Part shown: positions 1 to 8,721 of the stretch, piece after piece
Layout of the letters: each line of letters opens with the position of its first letter
Position numbering within the stretch: position 1 is the first letter of the stretch
Notes under the pieces: generated by a model
The model's database searches: none
Seen by the model: the letters and a program-made list of their open reading frames with translations, nothing else
Told to the model about the DNA's origin: nothing
Position numbers and translations under genes: made by a program
Assembly: GCA_965224575.1 (NCBI GenBank)
Contig: CBDCZQ010000001.1
Location: forward strand, 94,798 to 158,797
Direction: 5' to 3'
DNA length: 64,000 nt
From: Methylococcales bacterium
GTDB lineage: Bacteria > Pseudomonadota > Gammaproteobacteria > Methylococcales > Methylomonadaceae

Positions 1-395
1 TTGATATTCCAATAATCTTTATCAGTGGTCATGGAAATATTCCTATTTCATCAAAAGCATTCCGAAATGGTGCTGTAGATTTTTTAGAAAAACCACTAGA
101 CGATAAAATATTGCTAGAACGTATTAATCAAACATTAAAGCAAGTCCAATTCAATTGGAAAAAAAAACACCATCATCATGAAGTACAAGAACTATACGCA
201 CACCTGACAGTTCGCGAAAAAGAAGTCATGAAACTAATCGCAAAAAGCCATTCTAATAAAGAGGCTGCACGTATTTTAGACATCAGCAATCGAACTATTG
301 ATATACACAGGGCGCATGTTATGGAAAAAATGAAGTCAGAAAGTCTTGCAGACTTGATCATTAAGGCAGTTATTTGTGGGATAGTTAAATTTTGA
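1..395 (+). CDS. FixJ/NarL-type response regulator, 3' part (5' end lies outside the window)
   Basis: The frame is open from base 3. DIPIIFISGHGNIPISSKAFRNGAVDFLEKPLDD is the end of a receiver domain. It is followed by LTVREKEVMKLIAKSHSNKEAARILDISNRTIDIHRAHVMEKM, a LuxR/GerE-type HTH. Stop at 393-395. Confidence 0.85.
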   Translation, partial: DIPIIFISGHGNIPISSKAFRNGAVDFLEKPLDDKILLERINQTLKQVQFNWKKKHHHHEVQELYAHLTVREKEVMKLIAKSHSNKEAARILDISNRTIDIHRAHVMEKMKSESLADLIIKAVICGIVKF

Positions 396-750
396 CAGAT
401 TTAAAGTCATTCAATTCTGTACACGATACAAAAAATATAGAAAGTTGCTATAAGCTCGTTTAAATGTAATTAAATACCCTATTTCTGTTTTAGCAAACAT
501 GAATAACGGTCAATTAAAAATCAACTAAGTACTACTACCTTAAACGAGCTCTTTCATTGGAACAAGGCAAGAATGGATTGTTTTGTCGACATGTTGGTGG
601 CTCTAATGGCAGTAGCACCGCTAATCCCAAAAATTTATTTTAGTACTTCACAAAAAGATCCATTGAATACCTTACAATAGAAAAAGACTCATTATAAGGT
701 GTTCAGCCCGAAGGTAAGCCAACCCGAAATTTACGTTATACGGCTAAAAG

Positions 751-944
751 CTAAAACTTCGTACCGCAGGGAGCTCCTCTTGGGTTGTTGAAGAGCGTTA
801 CCAGAAACCTAGCATCAGCAATATTTATTACTTTGTCACCATTAAAATCATAATTTATTGTGGTGTAAGTAATCGTGCCACCTCTAATAATTCTAAGAAC
901 CTCGCTTAAATCCCCCCTGTCAATACAAAGCCTTCTCCAATACG
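751..944 (-). pseudogene. 3' gene fragment encoding a dockerin-like C-terminus, cut off by the IS end at 945
   Basis: The minus-strand translation is ...CIDRGDLSEVLRIIRGGTITYTTINYDFNGDKVINIADARFLVTLFNNPRGAPCGTKF* (stop 751-753). It parallels the C-terminus of the 2324-3917 product (CVDRTDLLLLLREI...DLNEDGVINIADARKLVTLFSQPRGVACQ*). There is no start codon and the frame runs into the IS. Confidence 0.55.
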
Positions 945-2318
945 AAATGAGTCTGAAACTACCCTCGCATTCCAGTATAAAATGAGTCTAAGCTGACAAA
1001 ATCAGACAATCTGTTCATGATGGAGCAATGAAAGCTATCATGAATCTTAAAGCCTTAAAAAACACCGAAGAGTTACAAACTTTTTTAGACGGATCACAAA
1101 CCATTGTATTTAGTGTGCCTGGTAATAAAACAGCACGCTATGGTTTTATCCAGTCGGTACTAAAACAGTTCCACTACAGAGGTTAACTAAACGACAAAAA
1201 GGCATTGTGATACGCTTTTTGCTGCAAGTAACCGCCTATTCTCGCCAACAACTAACCCGTCTCATCCATCAATACCTGAGAGCAGGTGTTATACAACAAC
1301 GTACTCCTCATAAGCCAGCAGGGTTTAAACAAAAATACACAGCAACAGATATTGCTTTATTGGCAAAAATGGACGAACGGTATGATACGCCAAGTGGTGC
1401 AGTCATTAAAAAACTTTGTGAACGTGCCTTTTCAGTCTTTGATGAAACAGAATATGAAAATATTGCTCACATTTCAGTGTCTCATCTCTACAATATTCGC
1501 GGCTCTACAGGCTATCAAAAACAGCGAAGAACGTTTGAGAAAACCAAGTCTAGACAGGTGGCTATTGGTGAAAGACGTCAACCCAATGCGGAGGGAAACC
1601 TGGCTATATTCGGGTAGACACTGTTCATCAAGGTGATCAAGATGGAGTGAAGGGGGTTTATCATATCAATGCGGTGGATGAAGTCACTCAATATGAAGTG
1701 GTGCTGTCTTGTAGCCGAATCAGTGAACAGTTTTTGATCCCTGTCTTAACAGAAATGCTTGAAACTTTTCCTTTCGACATCAGCGGATTTCATGCGGATA
1801 ATGGCTCGGAATATATTAATCATCAAGTGGCTAAACTGCTAAATAAACTACATATTGAACTGACTAAATCTCGCTCAAGGCAGAGCAATGATAATGCATT
1901 GGCAGAAAGTAAAAATGCTTCAGTCGTCCGTAAAACCTTTGGCTATAGCCATATAGAACAGCATTGGGCAGATGAACTTAATGTATTTAATAGAGAATAT
2001 CTCAACCCTTTTCTCAATTACCACCGTCCTTGCTATTTCCCAACCATTGTTACGGATGAAAAAGGAAAACAAAGGAAGAAATATCGCTATGATAAGATGA
2101 TGACGCCTTATGAAAAGCTAAAATCGCTGGAACAGGCTGAAAACTATCTAAAAGAATCTCTATCCTTTGAGCAATTAGATAAAGATGCTTATGAGATGAG
2201 CGATAATAAATTTACTGACCAAATGAACCTTGCTAAAAAGCAACTTTTTAAACAAATAAATGAACAGAAAAAAGCCTGATTTTTAGATCTGGATTAAATG
2301 GACTGTTCAGACTCATTT
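945..2318 (+). mobile_element. Decayed insertion sequence with an rve/DDE-type transposase, bounded by 13-bp inverted repeats
   Basis: AAATGAGTCTGAA at 945-957 has its exact reverse complement TTCAGACTCATTT at 2306-2318. A subterminal AAATGAGTCT copy lies at 980-989. These enclose the transposase frames. The exact outer ends and IS family cannot be fixed by eye, and no obvious target-site duplication is present. Confidence 0.7.
1028..2279 (+). pseudogene. DDE (integrase-core/rve) transposase broken into three frames
   Basis: Three pieces: 1028-1186 (MKAIMNLK...FHYRG*), 1207-1617 (open from 1129) and 1647-2279 (open from 1572). Joined, they read ...GERRQPNAEG/KPGYIRVDTVHQGDQDGVKGVYHINAVDEVTQYE...FHADNGSEYINH...SRSRQSNDNALAESKN, the D-D-E region of an integrase-core fold. 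This needs two frameshifts, near 1180 and near 1595. Confidence 0.75.
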
Positions 2319-2323
2319 GTTAA

Positions 2324-3917
2324 TTGGAAAATACTGATACAGCTTGGCCTGGCTTGGTCGGTTGGTTAAGACTGGATATTCCTGAAGAACTTAGGGACAG
2401 ACATCCTACAAAAGGCATTATCTCAACCAACACAGAGGGTGGCTATATAGCAGAATGTGGGACATCTATGGCAGCACCAGCGAGTTGCTTTGATGTTACA
2501 GCAATTTGTAGAAAAACACGGAATTGATCTAGCTGTTAATCCTCCACTGCCATCTACAATCAAAGCAATCCTGGTTCAAACTGCTGAGGATATGATTCAT
2601 GAGAAAGCGTATCCAAGAGATGCAGTAAATCCCGATACAGGCACTCCGGTTTTATATTACGAAGGTCCAGATTTTGCCACTGGATATGGACTAGTAAATG
2701 CTAAAAAAGCTGTTGATTTAATTGAAAATTCAGCTAATAAGACACTTATTCGCGAATCTAAACTAGATGTCGATCAGAATGAGATTTATTCAGTTTATAT
2801 CACATCGTCTATAGCTGAGCTAAAAATCACACTTGCCTGGGATGATGTTGAAGCATCTACATCTTTGGGTGATGAAAGAATATCTCGGTTAGTTAATGAT
2901 CTTGATTTGGTATTGATAGACCCTAATGGAAGTCGGCATTTTCCTTGGACGTTAACGTCCCAATTTGATCCTGATGCAGATTGGAATCCACCTTTACCCG
3001 TTGCTGATTGTTCAGGTTCAGGTCCTAAATGCGGAGATCTTGATCCTATTGAATCTTCAGATGTTATTCCAGCATTTAAAGGAGAAGATCATCAAAATAA
3101 TGTAGAACAAGTAGTGATAAAAAATCCGGCAATTGGAACATGGCAGGTTGTAGTTAAAGGATTTGATATTCAAAATGTAGAAAGTGATTTGCAGTCATAT
3201 TCTCTTGTTGCCACTGAACCAATGGTTCAAAGCAAAATATTAAGCAATAGTTCTTGGAAATCATATGATAGTCTACAGCCAGGTTGGGAATCCCTTGGTT
3301 TTGATGATTCAGACTGGCGAAATGCTTATGCTCCTTATCCTTTTCTCTCAAGCTATCCACCGGAACGCTGGATACCAAATACCGATGCTGTCTATATGTG
3401 GGATTGGCCTGATGCTGGTGATCCAACAGGCAAAAATGGTCCTATAGAAACTTGGTATAGAAAAACGTTTAATATACCTGTAGATATTACTTATATTAAA
3501 AATGCTATTGCTACAGTCGCTGCTGATGATGATTTTGATTTTTACGTCAATGGCACATTAGCTTATGCTGACTGGAATGGCGTGGTTTGGGGTGCTCCCT
3601 ATATAATCGATATAAAGCCTTACCTTATTGAAGGAGAGAATATTTTTGCAATGTATGCAAAAGATTCATATGGAATTTGGGGGTGGGCTTTGGTTGATGC
3701 CGCTATCGAAATCTCATTTCAACAGGGATTAAAAGGAGATCTGAATAAAGATGGTTGTGTTGATCGTACCGATTTATTACTACTTCTAAGAGAAATACGC
3801 AGCCCAGCTCCTTATGATTTATCATTTGATCTTAATGAAGATGGTGTTATCAATATAGCTGATGCACGTAAACTGGTGACTTTATTTAGTCAGCCTCGAG
3901 GAGTAGCTTGTCAATAA
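2324..3917 (+). pseudogene. Subtilisin-family (S8) serine peptidase, 5'-truncated by the IS and frameshifted at the catalytic Ser motif; C-terminal dockerin-like pair
   Basis: ORF 2324-2527 ends ...ECGTSMAAPAS, where GTSMAAP is the subtilase Ser box. The sequence continues in another frame as VALMLQQFVEKHGIDL... (ORF 2457-3917). The Asp and His catalytic regions are absent, and the coding sequence starts right after the IS end. The C-terminus is DLNKDGCVDRTDLLLLL...DLNEDGVINIADARKLV. Confidence 0.7.
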
Positions 3918-3931
3918 TCATCAGTTCTAGT

Positions 3932-3975
3932 GCGATTAATGGCGGACTGTTTTCCGCTATTAATCGTCATTTTTA
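3932..3975 (+). terminator. Putative rho-independent terminator after the peptidase gene
   Basis: An imperfect stem CGATTAATGGCGGA / TTCCGCTATTAATCG is followed by TCATTTTTA, 15 nt after the stop codon. Confidence 0.45.
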
Positions 3976-4266
3976 CATCAAGAAAGTAAATTCAGATATG
4001 CAGTTCTTTTATTTTTTAGTTTATTCATTCATCAATTAATAGAGGTACCCTTTAATAATATTTTAAATTGTGTGTTCTTGTTTAGCGTAGCGTAGCCATA
4101 TGACTTTTTTTTCAGCAAGTTGTTTCAGAACCTAGCTCCCAATAATTAAAAGAGGCAAAAATTCCTCATTCCTAACAACACGAAGTATAAAAATGTATTG
4201 CAATCTTTTAAACTAAAGAATATTATTAAACTCTAATATTATAATAATCAATTTAGGAGCTGCGTA

Positions 4267-5874
4267 ATGAATAACATAATAAATAATCAACGCCGAAATT
4301 TTTTGAAAACTACTGGTATTACTGCAGCTGCGGCAGTAAGTTATCCTTCATTACTTCGTGCTGCTAATTCTGGAGCTATTAATAAGGCTTCAGCTAACTT
4401 TCATGCTGATGTTGAAATAGAACTAAGCATGGATGTTACTAAGGTTCAAATCTTTAAGGGCTCTAAAACTCGAGTCTGGAAAGTACAGGGTAAAGTATTG
4501 AAAGGGTCTCCATCTAGTGTAAATAATTTAACAGGAACTTACCTTGCGCCTACTCTACATTTTCAAAAAGGGCAAAAAGTCAGGATTTATTTAAAAAACA
4601 ACCTTCCTGCCGAATCTATTCTTCATTGGCATGGACTTCATGTTCCATCAAAGATGGATGGTAATCCAATGTATGCGATTAATCATGGCGAAACCTACAT
4701 TTATGAATTTGAAATTCTTAATAGAGCAGGGACTTATTGGTATCATTCTCATGCGCATGGCGTGACTGCAAAACAAGTTTATTCTGGTATGGCCGGTTTT
4801 TTTATTGTGAGTGATAAAGAAGAACAGGCTTTAAACTTACCTAAAGACCAATATGATTTACCATTAGTTATTCAAGACCGTAGTTTTGATTCTGATAATC
4901 AACTTAAGTATAGCAATCATATGATGCAACGGATGCAGGGTTTTTTGGGTGATCAAATAATGATTAATGGTCAACCTGATTTTGTATTACCTGTTGAAAA
5001 TAGGGCATATCGCTTACGTTTATTAAATGGTTCTAATTCAAGGATTTATAAACTGGCTTGGGATGACGGGTCTCCAGTTACTGTTATTGGAACGGATGGT
5101 GGTTTGTTAGAACGACCAGAAACAATGCCTTATGTTATGTTAGCTCCCGCACAAAGACGCGAATTGTGGGTGGATTTTAGTGATAAAGCTATAGGTACCG
5201 AGCTAACTATGCGAAGTATCCCATTTGAAGGTGCTTCTATGCATGGAGGAATGATGGGCGGCGGCATGATGGGGGGGCGTGGAGGAATGGGCATGGGAGG
5301 GATGTCTGGAAATTCATTACCTGCAGGTGGAGACTATCCGGTATTGAAAGTAAAAATTGTTAAAAAGGCTAAAAGTAATGATTCCTTGCCTTCTCGTTTA
5401 ACATCAATAAAACCTCTTAAAGTAAAAGATGCTGCTAATTCTACCAACCCTAGGACAATTGCTTTATCAATGGGACGTATGTCTGCATTATTGAATGGTC
5501 GCTCTTATAAAATGAATGATGTTAGACCTGATGAAGTGATTCCTGTAAATACCTTACAACTAATGGAATTTGATAATAATGGTAGAGGTGGCGGCATGGG
5601 AATGATGAATATGGCTATGCCACATCCTATGCACTTACATGGTGAGCAGTTTCAAATTATAAAACGAGAAATCAGTTCTGGTTCTGAAGACGCTTATGCT
5701 TCGGTATCAAAAGGGTTAGTCGATAATGGCTGGCATGATACGGCTCTTGTTATGTCAGGTGAAAAAGTAACTTTTCTAAAACCTTTTAATGATTTTAAAG
5801 GTATGTTTATGTATCACTGCCACAATCTTGAACATGAGGATTTAGGTATGATGAGAGATTATTTAATTAAATAA
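4267..5874 (+). CDS. Tat-exported multicopper oxidase (CueO/laccase-like) with Met/Gly-rich inserts
   Basis: Twin-arginine leader QRRNFLKTTGITAAAAV. Copper-site motifs HWHGLH, WYHSHAHG, HPMHLHG and HCHNLEHEDLGMM. Met-rich loops MHGGMMGGGMMGGRGGMGMGGMSG and GRGGGMGMMNMAMPHP. RBS AGGAG lies upstream. Confidence 0.92.
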   Translation: MNNIINNQRRNFLKTTGITAAAAVSYPSLLRAANSGAINKASANFHADVEIELSMDVTKVQIFKGSKTRVWKVQGKVLKGSPSSVNNLTGTYLAPTLHFQKGQKVRIYLKNNLPAESILHWHGLHVPSKMDGNPMYAINHGETYIYEFEILNRAGTYWYHSHAHGVTAKQVYSGMAGFFIVSDKEEQALNLPKDQYDLPLVIQDRSFDSDNQLKYSNHMMQRMQGFLGDQIMINGQPDFVLPVENRAYRLRLLNGSNSRIYKLAWDDGSPVTVIGTDGGLLERPETMPYVMLAPAQRRELWVDFSDKAIGTELTMRSIPFEGASMHGGMMGGGMMGGRGGMGMGGMSGNSLPAGGDYPVLKVKIVKKAKSNDSLPSRLTSIKPLKVKDAANSTNPRTIALSMGRMSALLNGRSYKMNDVRPDEVIPVNTLQLMEFDNNGRGGGMGMMNMAMPHPMHLHGEQFQIIKREISSGSEDAYASVSKGLVDNGWHDTALVMSGEKVTFLKPFNDFKGMFMYHCHNLEHEDLGMMRDYLIK

Positions 5875-6003
5875 TCAGGCTATATAGACGTATCTTTAAT
5901 TTGATTTTTGTCGGTACGAACAAGAGAAATTCGCGTCCGTGACCCTATGAAATATACTATAATAAATTCTGTCCCAAGGGCTATGTGTGAGGGGCGTAAT
6001 TAC

Positions 6004-6165
6004 AAAGTGAAGTAAAGGTAGATATTTGTAGGTTGGGCTGCCGTCACTTTGGTAACCCAACAAACGGTATATAAAATGTTAGGTTAACGATAGAGCTGTT
6101 AGCCTAACCTACGTGAGCGTTGGTGAATTGCTTCATAAAGAAATAAAGATAAATACTTCAGCACC
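6004..6165. repeat. BIME-like composite intergenic repeat (two hairpin modules containing GTAGGTTGGGC / GCCCAACCTAC)
   Basis: Module 1: GTAGGTTGGGCTGCCGTCACTTTGGTAACCCAAC. Module 2: GTTAGGTTAACGATAGAGCTGTTAGCCTAACCTAC. The element is flanked by AAAGTGAAGTAAA. It is near-identical in reverse orientation to 40041-40208 and related to 47721-47838 and 59033-59118. Confidence 0.8.
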
Positions 6166-6204
6166 CTTATCTAAGATAACCGAATAAAAAATGAGAAAAC
6201 TTCT

Positions 6205-6783
6205 ATGTTTTATTTAAAATATAAACTAAATAATTCATTACTACGCCTAAGTTTTATTGGCATACTTGTTAGCCTTCTTTTGGGATGTTCTCGATCTACA
6301 CATTCGGTAAAGCCGAGTTCAGAACCTCCCCCTCCTTTACCGTCAACGGAAATTTACTTTTATCCTGAAAAGGGACAAAGCAAGTCACTTCAACAAAGAG
6401 ACCGCTACGAATGTTATCGATGGGCAGTAAAAAAATCAGGCTTTGACCCTAACCAAGCACAATTAGCACCTCATCAGCGCTTTGAGGTAAAAGCCTCGCC
6501 GCGGCCTGGTACTGGTGTAATTGTTGGTGCCGCTACCGGAGCTGTTATTGGTTCAATCAGTGCCCATCCACGACGAAGTGCTGAAGGATTAGTATTTGGT
6601 GCAGTTGCTGGAGCGTTGGTGGGAGCTGCAACTGATATTGCTCGGCACGACCGAGCTACTCGAATACAACGCCAATATGATGAAAATGATGCTAATCGCT
6701 ATGTACGACTGGAAATGCAATCACGGAATTATCGCCGTGCAATGTCAGCCTGTTTGGAAGGACGAGGCTATAGTGTTCAATGA
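6205..6783 (+). CDS. Lipoprotein with a glycine-zipper segment and a C-terminal ...ACLEGRGYSV module
   Basis: Lipobox LLLGCS. Gly-zipper GVIVGAATGAVIGS...GLVFGAVAGALVGAA. It shares YPxxGQ...RYxCxRW...DP and YRRAMSACLEGRGYSVQ with the next gene. Confidence 0.65.
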   Translation: MFYLKYKLNNSLLRLSFIGILVSLLLGCSRSTHSVKPSSEPPPPLPSTEIYFYPEKGQSKSLQQRDRYECYRWAVKKSGFDPNQAQLAPHQRFEVKASPRPGTGVIVGAATGAVIGSISAHPRRSAEGLVFGAVAGALVGAATDIARHDRATRIQRQYDENDANRYVRLEMQSRNYRRAMSACLEGRGYSVQ

Positions 6784-6870
6784 ATTAAGGATGAGAGTAC
6801 AATTAATATTAAGGGTTTGTAGCTTGCTACCCTTGAAATACTAACTCTCCCGATGAATTAGGATAATAAA

Positions 6871-7605
6871 ATGAAAACAAAGCTATTAACCAGCTTAGCT
6901 CTATTATTGATTGTATTATTAAGTACTACTTCTGTTTATGCTGATCGTGGTGAGCGAATATTTGGGCGTTCAGGTGTAGATTTAAGGCACCGTAGTTCAA
7001 AACCAAATAGAAAACCAAATCAAAGAAAACCAAATCAAAAACATTTTAGATTCGATACTCGCTATCGACATGATCGGCAGTATCCACGGAGAGGATATAT
7101 GACGAATCGTCTGCCTTTTAGAAGGCCTCCCATCCGTTATCGGAATCATGATTATTTTTTTCAGCGGGGTATTTGGTATCGTCCCTCAGGTTCTCGTTTT
7201 ACAGTGGTTGTTCCACCCATTGGTATAGTTGTAGCTAATTTACCCTCATTTTATACCACTCTTTGGGTCGGTAATATCCCTTATTATTATGCGAATGATA
7301 TTTACTATACTTGGCAGGCTAGTCGAAATGGTTATGTTGTCACAGAACCACCCAGAAACCTTGTTGAGGAAGAAGAGCCGCCTCTTATGGCTGATGAATT
7401 ATTTATTTATCCTAAAAATGGTCAAAATGAGAGACAACAAGCTGATGATCGTTATGGCTGTCATCGCTGGAGCGTTAGCCAAACAGATTATGATCCAACA
7501 TTTCCTGCAGAAAATATTTCAGTCAGCAATCTAAGTCGTAAAAGAGAAGATTATCAACGTGCGATGAGAGCTTGTTTGGAAGGACGTGGTTACAGTGTAC
7601 GATAA
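6871..7605 (+). CDS. Secreted paralogue of the preceding gene (basic PNxK repeats, ...ACLEGRGYSV C-terminus)
   Basis: Signal peptide ending VYADRG. Repeat KPNRKPNQRKPNQK. IYPKNGQNERQQADDRYGCHRWSVSQTDYDP and YQRAMRACLEGRGYSVR match 6205-6783. RBS AGGA. Confidence 0.65.
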   Translation: MKTKLLTSLALLLIVLLSTTSVYADRGERIFGRSGVDLRHRSSKPNRKPNQRKPNQKHFRFDTRYRHDRQYPRRGYMTNRLPFRRPPIRYRNHDYFFQRGIWYRPSGSRFTVVVPPIGIVVANLPSFYTTLWVGNIPYYYANDIYYTWQASRNGYVVTEPPRNLVEEEEPPLMADELFIYPKNGQNERQQADDRYGCHRWSVSQTDYDPTFPAENISVSNLSRKREDYQRAMRACLEGRGYSVR

Positions 7606-7620
7606 GGCAATTGGAAAAAA

Positions 7621-8136
7621 ATGAAATTTTATCTTGTACTATTTAGTTTTCTAACTATCACTAATACTCTCCCTGTTGTAGCTGTTGAACAGGCGACTAA
7701 TGACAGGCTTGATGAAGTTGAGCGTCTTGGCGAGCATGTTATGCCTTTTGACTTAAACCAGACCTTACATGTTTTTTCCAAAACTGAGCAAGGTGGGGTG
7801 CAGCAAGTCATATCAAAACTTCCTTCGGATACGAAACAGATTACATTAATTCGTGATCATCTGAAAGAGATTACTACTAAATTTAAAAAAGGTGACTTTA
7901 CCGATCCTACCAAAGTCCATGGAAAAAACATGCCTGGGTTAAACGAATTAAAAAATGCAGAATCAGGTTCAATTGTTATTCAATATCGCGAATTAACTAA
8001 TGGTGCAGAGATTACTTATTCAACAAAAATTCCAACATTGATTAGTGCAATTCATCAATGGTTTGATGCACAACTTAGTGATCATGCTCGACACGCAACG
8101 GGTAAACACCCTCATCATATGATGCATAATCAGTAA
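7621..8136 (+). CDS. Periplasmic protein of unknown function with a His-rich C-terminus
   Basis: Signal peptide MKFYLVLFSFLTITNTLPVVA. The C-terminus is DHARHATGKHPHHMMHNQ. No family was recognised with certainty. Confidence 0.55.
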   Translation: MKFYLVLFSFLTITNTLPVVAVEQATNDRLDEVERLGEHVMPFDLNQTLHVFSKTEQGGVQQVISKLPSDTKQITLIRDHLKEITTKFKKGDFTDPTKVHGKNMPGLNELKNAESGSIVIQYRELTNGAEITYSTKIPTLISAIHQWFDAQLSDHARHATGKHPHHMMHNQ

Positions 8137-8159
8137 TTTCTAGAATTTTCTTTTTAAAG

Positions 8160-8323
8160 TTAAGGAACCTCTGATTAAGTTGATTAGAATTTAGCGCAGA
8201 AAAAACTGTCGCTATTTTTCACGAAGTGAGACGTAATAGTCACTCTATTGCACCGGTCTTCGTGGAAAATATCGGCAGTTTTAGCAAGCTAAAAATAATT
8301 GGACTTGATCAGAGGTTCCTTAA
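8160..8323. repeat. MITE-like, almost fully palindromic 164-bp element (TIR TTAAGGAACCTCTGAT)
   Basis: TTAAGGAACCTCTGAT at 8160-8175 pairs with ATCAGAGGTTCCTTAA at 8308-8323. The interior is also self-complementary (AAAACTGTCGCTATTTTTCACGAAG / CTTCGTGGAAAATATCGGCAGTTTT). A TIR-only mini copy lies at 31199-31237. Confidence 0.75.
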
Positions 8324-8721
8324 TAAACAAAGTAAGAATATTTTATTTTTTATTACTATTGACGGAGGATGAGGAAAGTTGAATGCTAAAATATTCAAAA
8401 ACAGGATCAGATAAAGTTTAACAATAGGTTCGCCATTACGCTCTAATATTGCTAGTAAGCAATTAACATAATCGATAGTTGATATACCTATCAATACAAT
8501 GCTGTACGATTATTATCAACAAAACTTATAGTTTATAAATTATAAACTAATGTCTGCAATAAAAAATACTTTTTCTAAGGTAAACTAACTTTCTTTGTGA
8601 AATTAGATCGCTGAGTATCTGGCAAGTTCTGAATATTGTCCTCCCCCTTTTTTTTTAAAAACTACCTATTTCACAAAAAAAATTATAAAAAATATATCCT
8701 TATTAGCAGAAGAGAATAAAA

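Noticed and set aside
176-361. Short antisense or nested ORFs from the six-frame track that lie inside longer, well-supported genes. Examples: 176-361, 3154-3426, 3265-3447, 7289-7534, 13305-13553, 14504-14776, 20373-20711, 21803-22009, 27183-27450, 30692-31054, 35704-35916, 39050-39313, 50455-50637 and 51037-51389.
   Set aside because: Each overlaps a longer ORF with clear family motifs on the other strand or frame. Their translations are low-complexity with no recognisable motifs. They are most likely non-coding shadows.
684-696. AAAGACTCATTAT, partially matching the IS terminal repeat (CAGACTCATTTGT), as a possible solo IS end.
   Set aside because: It is only a 9-nt match in AT-rich DNA, which is insufficient to call a second IS end.
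660-790. Possible structured RNA or group II intron remnant upstream of the IS (GC-richer patch with short stems).
   Set aside because: No domain V-like consensus could be found. The 751-944 part is better explained as the 3' end of a minus-strand dockerin-tail gene fragment.
1028-2279. Programmed ribosomal frameshifting in the transposase.
   Set aside because: Two separate frame changes are needed, and neither site shows an A6G/A7-type slippery motif with a downstream structure. Decay is more parsimonious.
8529-8549. AT-rich palindromes TAGTTTATAA-A-TTATAAACTA (8529-8549) and CCCAAAAATTTTTGGG (49016-49031) as operator sites.
   Set aside because: They are short and low in complexity, so they are expected by chance in AT-rich intergenic DNA. 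There is no supporting context.
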